The position numbers and the translations under genes were made by a program. Shown piece after piece: positions 24,588 to 32,060 of a stretch of DNA of 36,917 nucleotides. Every line of letters starts with the position of its first letter. Positions within the stretch are counted from its first letter, which is position 1. Under the pieces are notes generated by a model. It ran no database searches. It worked only from the letters and a program-made list of their open reading frames with translations, and was not told the DNA's origin. The DNA comes from a virus: the IMG/VR virus record IMGVR_UViG_3300045988_102538. One strand, given 5' to 3'.

Positions 24588-25456
24588 GCGGCTCCGATGA
24601 TGAGTCTTTCCCATGCCCGCTGCAGACTTCTCAGCACGGACAAATCGGGGCGGAGATAGTAGCGGGCGGTTGTCTTGATGTCGCTGTGACCGAGTTGTCG
24701 TGCGACCACTGAGATATCGGCTCCCGCAGCGATTGCCAGAGTGCCGAAGGTGTGCCTGAGGTTCCTTGGCGGCACGCAGGGGAGTTTCATGCGTTGGCAC
24801 CATGACGTGTAATGAGCTGCCACCTGGTTGGCGTTCAGATCGCCGACCAGCCTGCCGGTTCTGCCGTGGCGCAATTGCGCGAGCCGTTTGACTGCGAACC
24901 GTGGTAGTGCGACCGTCCGTCGGCTCTGGTCGGTCTTCGGGTCGGTGACCGTTTCATGTCCAGCGACCCATTGCACTGACCTTTTGACGGTCACGGTTCC
25001 CCGGCGTAAATCCAAGTCGGCCCATTCAATGCCGACGGACTCGCATCGGCGCAGTCCCGCGCAGACGGAGACCAATAACCAGGCTTCCAACGCGTGACCG
25101 TAGAAGCCTTTGAGCAGCCGTCTTACCTGTCTGGCGTCGAGCACGCGCGGCTCATACCGCCGCAGGTGCGGCAGTCTGATTTCACGACGTGTCACGTCAT
25201 TGTCGGTGACTCCCTTGCGATAGGCGAGTCGGAGTATCGCCCGCAGCACGGCCCACGCCTTGCGCGCGGCGCCGGCCTGATTGAACGAGCCGAGCCACTC
25301 CTCGATGTCGTTCGCGGTGATCGACTCCATGTCGACGTCAGCCCATTTCGGCTGGATGTGGCAGCGGTAGGCCGACTCGTAGCCCACCCTCGTGCACTCG
25401 CGGAGCTTCCCGCAGGAGGGCCACCAGACCTCATTCACAAACGTTCCCAACAACAT
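24584..25456 (-). CDS. rin: Tyrosine recombinase, predicted shufflon invertase (Rci/Rin-like)
   Basis: Contains AGLRRCE, LRHTFGT and LGHSDIKTTARYY (R...HxxR...H...Y pattern). Start chosen at MLLGTFV with a GGAGGT RBS (track start 25564 is rejected). The gene abuts site S5. The symbol is by analogy only. Confidence 0.8.
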   Translation of the reverse strand: MLLGTFVNEVWWPSCGKLRECTRVGYESAYRCHIQPKWADVDMESITANDIEEWLGSFNQAGAARKAWAVLRAILRLAYRKGVTDNDVTRREIRLPHLRRYEPRVLDARQVRRLLKGFYGHALEAWLLVSVCAGLRRCESVGIEWADLDLRRGTVTVKRSVQWVAGHETVTDPKTDQSRRTVALPRFAVKRLAQLRHGRTGRLVGDLNANQVAAHYTSWCQRMKLPCVPPRNLRHTFGTLAIAAGADISVVARQLGHSDIKTTARYYLRPDLSVLRSLQRAWERLIIGAA

Positions 25457-25466
25457 TTCAACCTCC

Positions 25467-25520
25467 AAAATCCCACACGTGGTTATCGCGGCTTCCAACG
25501 GTAGCCACGTGTGGGATTTT
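25467..25520. promoter_or_regulatory. 16-bp perfect inverted repeat (AAAATCCCACACGTGG / CCACGTGTGGGATTTT, 22-nt spacer) between rin and the lysis genes
   Basis: Seen directly. It starts 1 nt from the rin RBS and has T-runs on both outer flanks. Confidence 0.6.
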
Positions 25521-25539
25521 CCTTTCGGAAGGATTCCCA

Positions 25540-25851
25540 ATGAGCCAGGAAACCATCGTCGCAATCGTTATCGCCATCATCGGCAGCGGAGGCAGCGGCG
25601 TGTTCGTCACCTGGATTCTGAGCAAGGTCGACCAACGTCACGATCCACTGCATGAGGGCGTCAGGGAACTGTTGTTCTGCAAACTCGAGGCTCTGCACCG
25701 TCAGATGGTCGATGCAGGTGGTGTTGCGAGCATTCCGTTGAAGCAAAGCGCGGAACGAATATATGCCGCTTACCACGGTCTGGGCGGCAATGGAACCGGA
25801 ACCTCGATGATCCAAGACATACGTGACGCGCATATCGCGAACACAGATTGA
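25540..25851 (+). CDS. Membrane protein (one N-terminal TM helix), possible holin / lysis accessory
   Basis: IVAIVIAIIGSGGSGVFVTWIL is a TM segment. Located directly upstream of the endolysin gene. Confidence 0.55.
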   Translation: MSQETIVAIVIAIIGSGGSGVFVTWILSKVDQRHDPLHEGVRELLFCKLEALHRQMVDAGGVASIPLKQSAERIYAAYHGLGGNGTGTSMIQDIRDAHIANTD

Positions 25852-25917
25852 AAGATTCAAAAGATTTCCACACCGTCCGTACAAGGCGGACGGTACGGAC
25901 AAAGGAAAGGAGAGGAA

Positions 25918-27186
25918 TTGAACATCCTCAACAAAGGCAAGCCGAAACACAAGCGCATGAATCCACGCCGACAATGGCGCAAGCTACTGACCGCGCTCGC
26001 GGTCGCCATATCCATGGCGGTCGCGCCGGCCGCGATGGCCGACATGAACGGATACGACATCTCGAACTGGCAGTGCGGCATCGACACCGCGACCGTGCCG
26101 GCAGATTTCGTCATCGTCGGCACCACATGGGGATCCGGCGGCGTGTACGGTGGTTGCCTGTCCAACGGCGTCAACACCGACGCTAACCGTCAGCTCGCCG
26201 GCGCCATCGACAGCGGCAAGGAGACCGGCATCTACCATTACGCGCGCGGCGGCAACCCCGAGACCGAAGCCCGGTTCTTCGTCGACAACGTGCGCGGATA
26301 CGTGCACAAGAGCGTGCTGATCCTCGACTGGGAGGCGCAGGACAACACGGCATGGGGCGACAAGCAGTGGCCACGCAGGTGGGCCCGCGAGGTCAAGCGT
26401 CTGACGGGCGTCAACCCCATCATCTACACGATGGACTCCGGCTACTGGCAGGTCGCCGGCATGGAGACCGAACTGAACTGCGGCATCTGGATCGCACAGT
26501 ACGCGACGAACCTCGTCACCGGCTACCAGACCGCCCCGTGGAACATCGGAGCGCGCGGCGAGGTGATGAGGCAGTACACGTCCAACGGCAGTCTCAGCGG
26601 CTGGTCAGGACGCCTCGACCTGAACAAGTTCCGCGGCGACCGCACGGCATGGCGCAAGTACGCGAACCCTGACGACAAGGGCGCGGCGGATCTGCCGAGT
26701 GTCAAGCCGAAACCTCAGCCCACGACCGCTCCGGCGGTCGACCTGAACGCTTTGGCCACGCGCACCATCCGCGGCGATTTCGGCAATGATCCGGCCCGCA
26801 GGCAGGCGTTGGGTGGCAATTACGCGGCGGTCATGCAGATCGTCAACAGTCGCCTCGGCGGAGGTTCCGGCGGAACGGCCGCCACGGGTTCGCGTAGCGT
26901 CGTGGTCCGTTCCGGTGACACCATGAGTGCTATCGCCGCGAGGACCGGACTCCAGCCGGTGTCCGCCTGGCGTGTGCCGAGCGGTGACATCAACAGGATT
27001 TATCCGGGACAGATCGTCACCTATGGCGGCACGTCCGTGTCCACCGCTTCGAGCGGGGTCGGAGGCCATGTGGTCCGTTCCGGCGAAAGCCTTTGGAGCA
27101 TCTACGGCTCCGGCTGGCAGTCGGCTGCCGCACGCAATGGCATCCGCAGCCCATACGTTATCTATCCCGGACAGTACCTGCGCTGA
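25918..27186 (+). CDS. Endolysin: signal peptide + GH25 muramidase + two LysM repeats
   Basis: TTG start after GGAAAGGAGAGG. Signal-like LLTALAVAISMAVAPAAMA-D and the GH25-like NGYDISNWQ. Two LysM-like segments (VVVRSGDTMSAIAARTGL..., HVVRSGESLWSIYGS...). Confidence 0.85.
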   Translation: MNILNKGKPKHKRMNPRRQWRKLLTALAVAISMAVAPAAMADMNGYDISNWQCGIDTATVPADFVIVGTTWGSGGVYGGCLSNGVNTDANRQLAGAIDSGKETGIYHYARGGNPETEARFFVDNVRGYVHKSVLILDWEAQDNTAWGDKQWPRRWAREVKRLTGVNPIIYTMDSGYWQVAGMETELNCGIWIAQYATNLVTGYQTAPWNIGARGEVMRQYTSNGSLSGWSGRLDLNKFRGDRTAWRKYANPDDKGAADLPSVKPKPQPTTAPAVDLNALATRTIRGDFGNDPARRQALGGNYAAVMQIVNSRLGGGSGGTAATGSRSVVVRSGDTMSAIAARTGLQPVSAWRVPSGDINRIYPGQIVTYGGTSVSTASSGVGGHVVRSGESLWSIYGSGWQSAAARNGIRSPYVIYPGQYLR

Positions 27187-27251
27187 AACTCCCGTCTCCA
27201 CGACTTTAAGCGTTGTGGAGACGGTTGCCGCAATGTTTAAAGAGGTGAAAA

Positions 27252-27497
27252 ATGGATGAATCCAATAGCCCGCAATCCGATTACCTGCTGCCGGGCAGGG
27301 TATACGACATACTCAAGTGGCTCGCGTTGATCGCTTTGCCGGCCGTCGCATGGCTCGTCGGAGCGGTCGGCCCGCAATGGGGACTGCCGCACTGCGGCGA
27401 ACTCGTTACGACCATCAACGCGATCGGTTTGTTCGTCGGCGCGCTCATCGGCGTGAGCCAGCTCACGTCTGTCAAGGCCGACGAGGACGGCCAGTGA
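27252..27497 (+). CDS. Holin (two-TM, r1t-like)
   Basis: 81 aa containing YDILKWLALIALPAVAWLVGAVGPQWGLPH...INAIGLFVGALIGVS. Follows the endolysin gene. Confidence 0.7.
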   Translation: MDESNSPQSDYLLPGRVYDILKWLALIALPAVAWLVGAVGPQWGLPHCGELVTTINAIGLFVGALIGVSQLTSVKADEDGQ

Positions 27498-27525
27498 TTA
27501 ATTTTCTGACGTGAGACTCGCACTC

Positions 27526-27565
27526 GCCCCTCTCTCAGCTTCTATGCTGGGGGAGGGGCCTTTTT
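27526..27565 (+). terminator. Candidate terminator after the lysis cassette
   Basis: gcccctc ... gaggggc stem followed by ttttt. The large loop makes this only a moderate call. Confidence 0.4.
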
Positions 27566-27600
27566 CATTTTCCGATGGAAGGCTGCGCGGTTCGACCACA

Positions 27601-27621
27601 TCGACACGATATCGACACGAT
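27601..27621 (+). promoter_or_regulatory. attP arm-type repeats, left (2 x TCGACACGAT)
   Basis: tcgacacgat-a-tcgacacgat-gac. The same decamer pair recurs at 27843-27862. Confidence 0.55.
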
Positions 27622-27716
27622 GACAGTTGCGAACAGTTAATTTCAACAAAGCGAACCACTGCGTATCGTATTGTTAAGAACGTTGGAATTTCAACGTTCT
27701 TGACAATGCTCACACC

Positions 27717-27786
27717 CGGCTACGCTCAGTCATGCCATGCCCGAATATAGCAGGATGTCGCAGGTTCAAATCCTGTCAGCCCGACC
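27717..27786 (+). other. attP core region with tRNA 3'-end-like sequence (T arm + acceptor strand)
   Basis: GCAGG-TTCAAAT-CCTGT-CAGCCCG-A-CC at 27760-27786. The upstream part is only partly tRNA-like (5 of 7 acceptor pairs), so this is not an intact tRNA. Confidence 0.5.
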
Positions 27787-27788
27787 GG

Positions 27789-27827
27789 AAGCCTTGGAAA
27801 CATTATGTTTCCAAGGCTTTATTTTTT
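27789..27827 (+). terminator. Strong intrinsic terminator (13-bp stem + T6)
   Basis: aagccttggaaac-attat-gtttccaaggctt followed by tatttttt. Confidence 0.75.
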
Positions 27828-27842
27828 CTTGGCCGTAGGCTA

Positions 27843-27862
27843 TCGACACGATTCGACACGAT
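27843..27862 (+). promoter_or_regulatory. attP arm-type repeats, right (2 x TCGACACGAT)
   Basis: tcgacacgattcgacacgat-gac, next to the integrase 3' end. Confidence 0.55.
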
Positions 27863-27881
27863 GACCGCGCAACCTCTGCGT

Positions 27882-29162
27882 CTAGACGGTCTTCAACTGT
27901 TCAGCGCGCAGCTCGCCAATCGCGTCCGCCACATCGTCCAATCGTTCCGGCCAGAGAGCCGTGTATGTGTTCAGCGTGATGCTGGGTGAGGAGTGGCCGA
28001 GCTGCATCTGTAGGGTCTTCACGTCCGCGCCTTGAGCAATTGCAAAGCTCGCATAGCTATGCCTCAAACTATGGATGGTCACGCCCTCGTCCTCCATGCC
28101 GGCCAGTCGGACGGCCTTTCGCCAGACACGCGTCCGCCACGTGTTCGTCCACAGGTTCCCGCCTCTTGCCGCGCGGAACAGCCAGTCGTCGTCGCCCATG
28201 CCCTCCATCTGCCGTTCGATGGACGGTATGAGGAATCTGGGTATGGCGATGCTGCGCGGTTTGCCGTTCTTCGGCGTGCCCAGCACAAGCCTGCCTTTGC
28301 CGTCGTCGGTCCAAGTGCGGCGGATGCGCGCCCTGCGTGAATCCACATCCACGTCGCCGCATTTGAGTGCCAGCGTCTCGCCAATGCGGGCACCGGTGTA
28401 TGCCTGCCAGCGGACGATCAGCCCGTCTACCGGCCGTCCTGCCCGTTCGGCCATGCCGGCCAGCAACTCCACCTCCTCGACGGTAAGGAACACCATGTCG
28501 TCATCGGATTGCGTGATGCGCGGCACGGTGACCTTTTCAATGGGGTTCTCGCCAATCCAGCCGTGCTCCAAAGCGAATTCCATGACACCGCCCATGACGA
28601 CCTTGACGATGTTGCGGATGCTGCGTGGACTCAATGGCTTCGATTCGCGATCGTCCTGCAGTTCGGCGGGATACCCGCCTTCGGTGAGCTGCGTGACCCA
28701 CTGTTGCAGTTCGTCGCGTTGGATTTCCCTCAGTGTGCGATCGCCCCACTTGGGGTTGATATAAACGCGCAATTCGCGGCGGTATCTGCCCAAAGTGCCC
28801 TGTTTGATATCCATCTTGCCGTCCGTCCATTCGGAGGCAACGTCCCGGAAGATGCGTAGTTCCTGCTGCGGGTCGCGGTATTTGCCGCGTCTGATGTCGT
28901 CCTCGATGGCCGCTGCGTATTCCTCAGCGTCACGGAGCTTGGCGAAGTTCCGTGATTTCTGGACGCGTTTGCCGTCTCGAAGCGTGTACCAGCGGCATCT
29001 CCACCGTGAGCCTTGGCCGTACAGCGCGGACCGCCATTTGTCGGGCACATTGGCTTTCATCGGATCCTTCGCATTGGCCAGCGACTGTTTCGCGGCCCTG
29101 CTGGGCGGGTTGCCGTCCTCGTCGTTTTTGAGCCATCTGTCGTCTACGAACGCTCTGGCCAT
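27882..29162 (-). CDS. int: Tyrosine integrase
   Basis: 426 aa from MARAFVDDRW. Contains YTGARIGE, HSLRHSYAS and LGHSSPSITLNTY. Adjacent to attP. Confidence 0.9.
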   Translation of the reverse strand: MARAFVDDRWLKNDEDGNPPSRAAKQSLANAKDPMKANVPDKWRSALYGQGSRWRCRWYTLRDGKRVQKSRNFAKLRDAEEYAAAIEDDIRRGKYRDPQQELRIFRDVASEWTDGKMDIKQGTLGRYRRELRVYINPKWGDRTLREIQRDELQQWVTQLTEGGYPAELQDDRESKPLSPRSIRNIVKVVMGGVMEFALEHGWIGENPIEKVTVPRITQSDDDMVFLTVEEVELLAGMAERAGRPVDGLIVRWQAYTGARIGETLALKCGDVDVDSRRARIRRTWTDDGKGRLVLGTPKNGKPRSIAIPRFLIPSIERQMEGMGDDDWLFRAARGGNLWTNTWRTRVWRKAVRLAGMEDEGVTIHSLRHSYASFAIAQGADVKTLQMQLGHSSPSITLNTYTALWPERLDDVADAIGELRAEQLKTV

Positions 29163-29318
29163 GGTCGTCTCTTTCCAAGGATCCGCGCTACACTGTGCGT
29201 GGAACCTCATTTTGGTGAAAACGGAAATGCTGATTGTTGGTTCCTTGGGTTCCGTCCGACTGTGTTCGGGCGGAACCCTTTTTGTTTCCCGTCGCGGTAT
29301 GTGGACGCTGAGCTTCTT

Positions 29319-29726
29319 TTATTGCACGCACACGCCGGAATCGTACAACAGCTGCCGGTAGTCCGACAGTACTTGGATGGTGACGCCCAATTCCACGGCC
29401 ATCATCCACGTATTGCCTTCGTATATCTGCTCCACCATGCCATAGTCCACGGGACTGATCAACGCCAGCGCGGTCTCCCTGCGACACCGGTGCTCGCACT
29501 TCAACCCGTATTGGCTGCCACAGCCTGGATCGTGGTGTTTCGCGTGGATGAGCTCATGGCACAGCGTGCAACGGCGCTGGCGCTGGTTGAGCCAGTCGGC
29601 CAGCAGAATGAGTTTGTGTCGATCGTCGTATAGGCCGCATATGTCACGGGGAAGGTCGCGTGACATGACTGACAGACCCATGGATTCCGCGTTCCGGTGA
29701 AGCTCCGCGATGGTCTTGTTATCCAC
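29319..29726 (-). CDS. ImmA/IrrE-family Zn metallopeptidase
   Basis: HELIH (HExxH) motif within a 135-aa protein in the lysogeny module. GTG start with a GAGAGGA RBS. Confidence 0.7.
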   Translation of the reverse strand: MDNKTIAELHRNAESMGLSVMSRDLPRDICGLYDDRHKLILLADWLNQRQRRCTLCHELIHAKHHDPGCGSQYGLKCEHRCRRETALALISPVDYGMVEQIYEGNTWMMAVELGVTIQVLSDYRQLLYDSGVCVQ

Positions 29727-29856
29727 ATTCCTCTCTTCCGAAAGTATTGTTTTTCGAGAAGTACTTTTTTGCTGTTTGTCAAGTTCTGCTTGACAGTTGG
29801 AGTGTCGTATGTGATGCTTGAATCAGCTCATCTACCGAGTTGTAGAAGGAGTCTCC

Positions 29857-29886
29857 AGGGTCGCTGCGGCGGCCCTTGCTTTTATT
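29857..29886 (+). terminator. Plus-strand intrinsic terminator-like hairpin overlapping the 3' end of the minus-strand cargo operon
   Basis: agggtcgc-tgcg-gcggccct followed by tgcttttatt. Confidence 0.4.
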
Positions 29887-30412
29887 GAACGCAATTCCCG
29901 TTCAAACTTGACTGATCATATTCTTTCAGAAGTTTGTTGAAGCTATGATCATGGTCGACGTAGTAGGCGGTGACCAACATGCAGTAGCCTCTGTCCTTAT
30001 GTGGTTCCAGCACGACTAGATACCGTTCTGATTCAATGAGGATATATAACCTATCGCGGCCATGCTTATGCTTCCTCCAGATTAATGGCGCATCACATAC
30101 CTCATAATGGCATTGCGGACAATCCTTTGCGTTGTCAATCGTCTTCCGTGGAAACCTGATCCGCTCACATCTACGCAGATCGACATTCCTCTCGCCGGTT
30201 GTGTAGTCTTCGACGCTGGTGATGTGGAAAAACCCAGCCCATTTTCCGTCGGTCTCCTCTTTCTGGCGGCGTACGGAAACTCTGAGGCCGTCGAATGATG
30301 GATGTGAATCTATGAAGTCATGTCTGAAGATTGCATAAATCCTATCCTCATATACGGCAAAGTCTTCTATCGGGGATTTGGTTACGAGCTCCGGTGTCCA
30401 ATGCGGTGTCAT
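29882..30412 (-). CDS. Hypothetical protein (176 aa), last gene of the repressor-linked cargo operon
   Basis: ATGA overlap with the upstream gene. AT-rich relative to the rest of the genome. No motif recognised. Confidence 0.6.
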   Translation of the reverse strand: MTPHWTPELVTKSPIEDFAVYEDRIYAIFRHDFIDSHPSFDGLRVSVRRQKEETDGKWAGFFHITSVEDYTTGERNVDLRRCERIRFPRKTIDNAKDCPQCHYEVCDAPLIWRKHKHGRDRLYILIESERYLVVLEPHKDRGYCMLVTAYYVDHDHSFNKLLKEYDQSSLNGNCVQ

Positions 30413-31113
30413 GCGTTCCGTCCTTCCCAGACGAAGATGTTGAACTTGCGCGTGCCCAAGGTCGTTGACTGGGTGAGTCGGAGCTTTGATCTCATGCGTA
30501 TGTAGTCGATGATTTCAGCTTTCGCGCCTGATGGTTGGGGGATGGTCGTCCGGTTCGCCCTGCATACGGCTCCGTTGATCACGTCGGTGATTTGCATCAT
30601 TTGCACTTCGTCTGAACGGATTGGTTGCACTTTCTTGATGCATTCGTGGTTGAAGTCGTAGTGGCTGTTTGCTAGCACTTCCTCCAGTTTCTCGGTACGT
30701 TGCGCGGAGTGCGTGTCCTTGATGTCCACGTACACGTTGTAGGTGTTCGTGGAATCGAACAGCCTGTTCAGCATAGTGAAATACATCTTGTAGTACCAAT
30801 CGTTGTGTGACTGGGACCATGCCTCATGATTCAGACGTGTCTTCTTGGCCACCAGAACACGGAACCTCATGTCGTCATCCAGGAAGAAGCAGTTCAGCAA
30901 ATCCTTGTACAGGTCGATTTTCGGCATGCTGGCCTTCGTCCACTTCACTTCCGTGCGTGCCTTGACACCGTAACGTGCCTTGATCTGGAGAATATTCTCT
31001 GTGATTTCCTGCCTTTTATCCTTGGGGATAATGAGGGCTCCAAGGACCATCACGTCGCTGTCGTCATGTTCCAGATGACAGCTTTCATCGCAATACAGGT
31101 TGTATTCAGTCAT
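30409..31113 (-). CDS. DUF3800-like protein
   Basis: The N-terminus MTEYNLYCDESCH resembles the xYxDESG start remembered for DUF3800. AAAGGAA RBS. Overlaps the upstream stop codon. Confidence 0.55.
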   Translation of the reverse strand: MTEYNLYCDESCHLEHDDSDVMVLGALIIPKDKRQEITENILQIKARYGVKARTEVKWTKASMPKIDLYKDLLNCFFLDDDMRFRVLVAKKTRLNHEAWSQSHNDWYYKMYFTMLNRLFDSTNTYNVYVDIKDTHSAQRTEKLEEVLANSHYDFNHECIKKVQPIRSDEVQMMQITDVINGAVCRANRTTIPQPSGAKAEIIDYIRMRSKLRLTQSTTLGTRKFNIFVWEGRNA

Positions 31114-31645
31114 TTGCGTTCCTTTCACTCATCCGTGGCTCCATGTCTGTGGCCTTCGGAGACGCGTCGTCGGCTCGTCTCTCTTCTAGCTGTTTCCTGA
31201 GTGGTGTCTTGAGCTTGGTGAAGCCGATTGACATCAGTGTGAACGGGATGGCGAAGGTGAGCATGACGGGGCCGAAGAAGCACATGAGGATGGTGAACGC
31301 GGTCAGCGCGTACATCACCCAAAGAAGGACGTTATACGCCTTGTACTGGATTTCGAGCTGCTTCAAAGTCTTTGGGCGGGGCTGATGTGGCGTGCTGCCT
31401 GCAGATGAGGGAGTATAACTCGCCTGTTGATTGCTCTCGACAGTTGACCTCCGCTGCGGAGCGGTGTTTCTTTTCGTCTTCGGATTGATGGTATATGAGA
31501 CGCCCTTTGCTACATGCACGGTCTTGCGTCCCCTCGAATTGACTGTGACCGGTCCCATCTTCACGGACGTGCTGACACCTCTTTTACCGATATTCACCCG
31601 GACGTTCTTGCCCAGGCTGATCCTGCGATTGACCCTGAAACCCAT
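31106..31645 (-). CDS. DUF4236-like protein with C-terminal transmembrane helices
   Basis: MGFRVNRRISLGKNVRVNIGKRGVSTSV is a DUF4236-type N-terminus. TM segment LLWVMYALTAFTILMCFFGPVMLTFAIPFTLMSIGF. GAGGGGA RBS. Confidence 0.6.
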   Translation of the reverse strand: MGFRVNRRISLGKNVRVNIGKRGVSTSVKMGPVTVNSRGRKTVHVAKGVSYTINPKTKRNTAPQRRSTVESNQQASYTPSSAGSTPHQPRPKTLKQLEIQYKAYNVLLWVMYALTAFTILMCFFGPVMLTFAIPFTLMSIGFTKLKTPLRKQLEERRADDASPKATDMEPRMSERNAND

Positions 31646-31656
31646 TGTCATTCCCC

Positions 31657-32058
31657 TCACTCGTCAGGCGTCTCGGCTTCGAGACGTGCGTTCGAATCCT
31701 TGTTTGCGGCCACGTCATAGTCCTCTGGATGCGCGGCGATACGGTCGATGAGATCATCGGTGATCTGAGACTCGCGTTCGCGGGCCTCGTAGGCTCGTGC
31801 GGCATCGCTGCCCAGGGCGCGGGTGTAGATGTCGAGGCTGGTGAGCCCGAATGTGAAGGCGATGTGCTCCACGTCGGACGTTGTGAGCGGCGCTTCATAT
31901 CGGAGCCTTACGTGCCAGTAGTTGTTTCTCATACCGCTCTTTTTGTAGAACTCGGCATTTGTTATTCCGCTTCGTTTAACGAGATCTCGACATATGTCGA
32001 TGATTCTCTTGCTGTCTTCGGTGACTTCATTTCTGGCAATGCTTCCCATGCCCAACAT
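31657..32058 (-). CDS. CI-like repressor (XRE-type HTH)
   Basis: Divergent from the Cro-like gene across an operator-bearing region. HTH-like ITNAEFYKKSGMRNNYWHVRL. The start codon is uncertain (32058, 32049 or a TTG at 32067). Confidence 0.65.
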   Translation of the reverse strand: MLGMGSIARNEVTEDSKRIIDICRDLVKRSGITNAEFYKKSGMRNNYWHVRLRYEAPLTTSDVEHIAFTFGLTSLDIYTRALGSDAARAYEARERESQITDDLIDRIAAHPEDYDVAANKDSNARLEAETPDE

Positions 32059-32060
32059 GG

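Noticed and set aside
24584-25564. A second integrase with its own attP, or the long 326-aa version of the ORF.
   Set aside because: The gene abuts and shares its stop codon with a repeat that recurs five more times around RBP fragments, so an invertase role fits better. The 36-aa N-extension lacks an RBS, whereas MLLGTFV is preceded by GGAGGT.
27717-27786. Intact tRNA gene next to the integrase.
   Set aside because: Only the T arm and 3' acceptor strand are convincing. The 5' strand gives 5 of 7 pairs, and no D arm or anticodon arm can be drawn. It is interpreted as the attP core carrying a tRNA 3' end.
29697-29888. Plus-strand 63-aa ORF spanning the immA start and the intergenic gap.
   Set aside because: It has no RBS, overlaps the immA start on the opposite strand, and gives a hydrophobic, low-complexity translation from AT-rich intergenic DNA.
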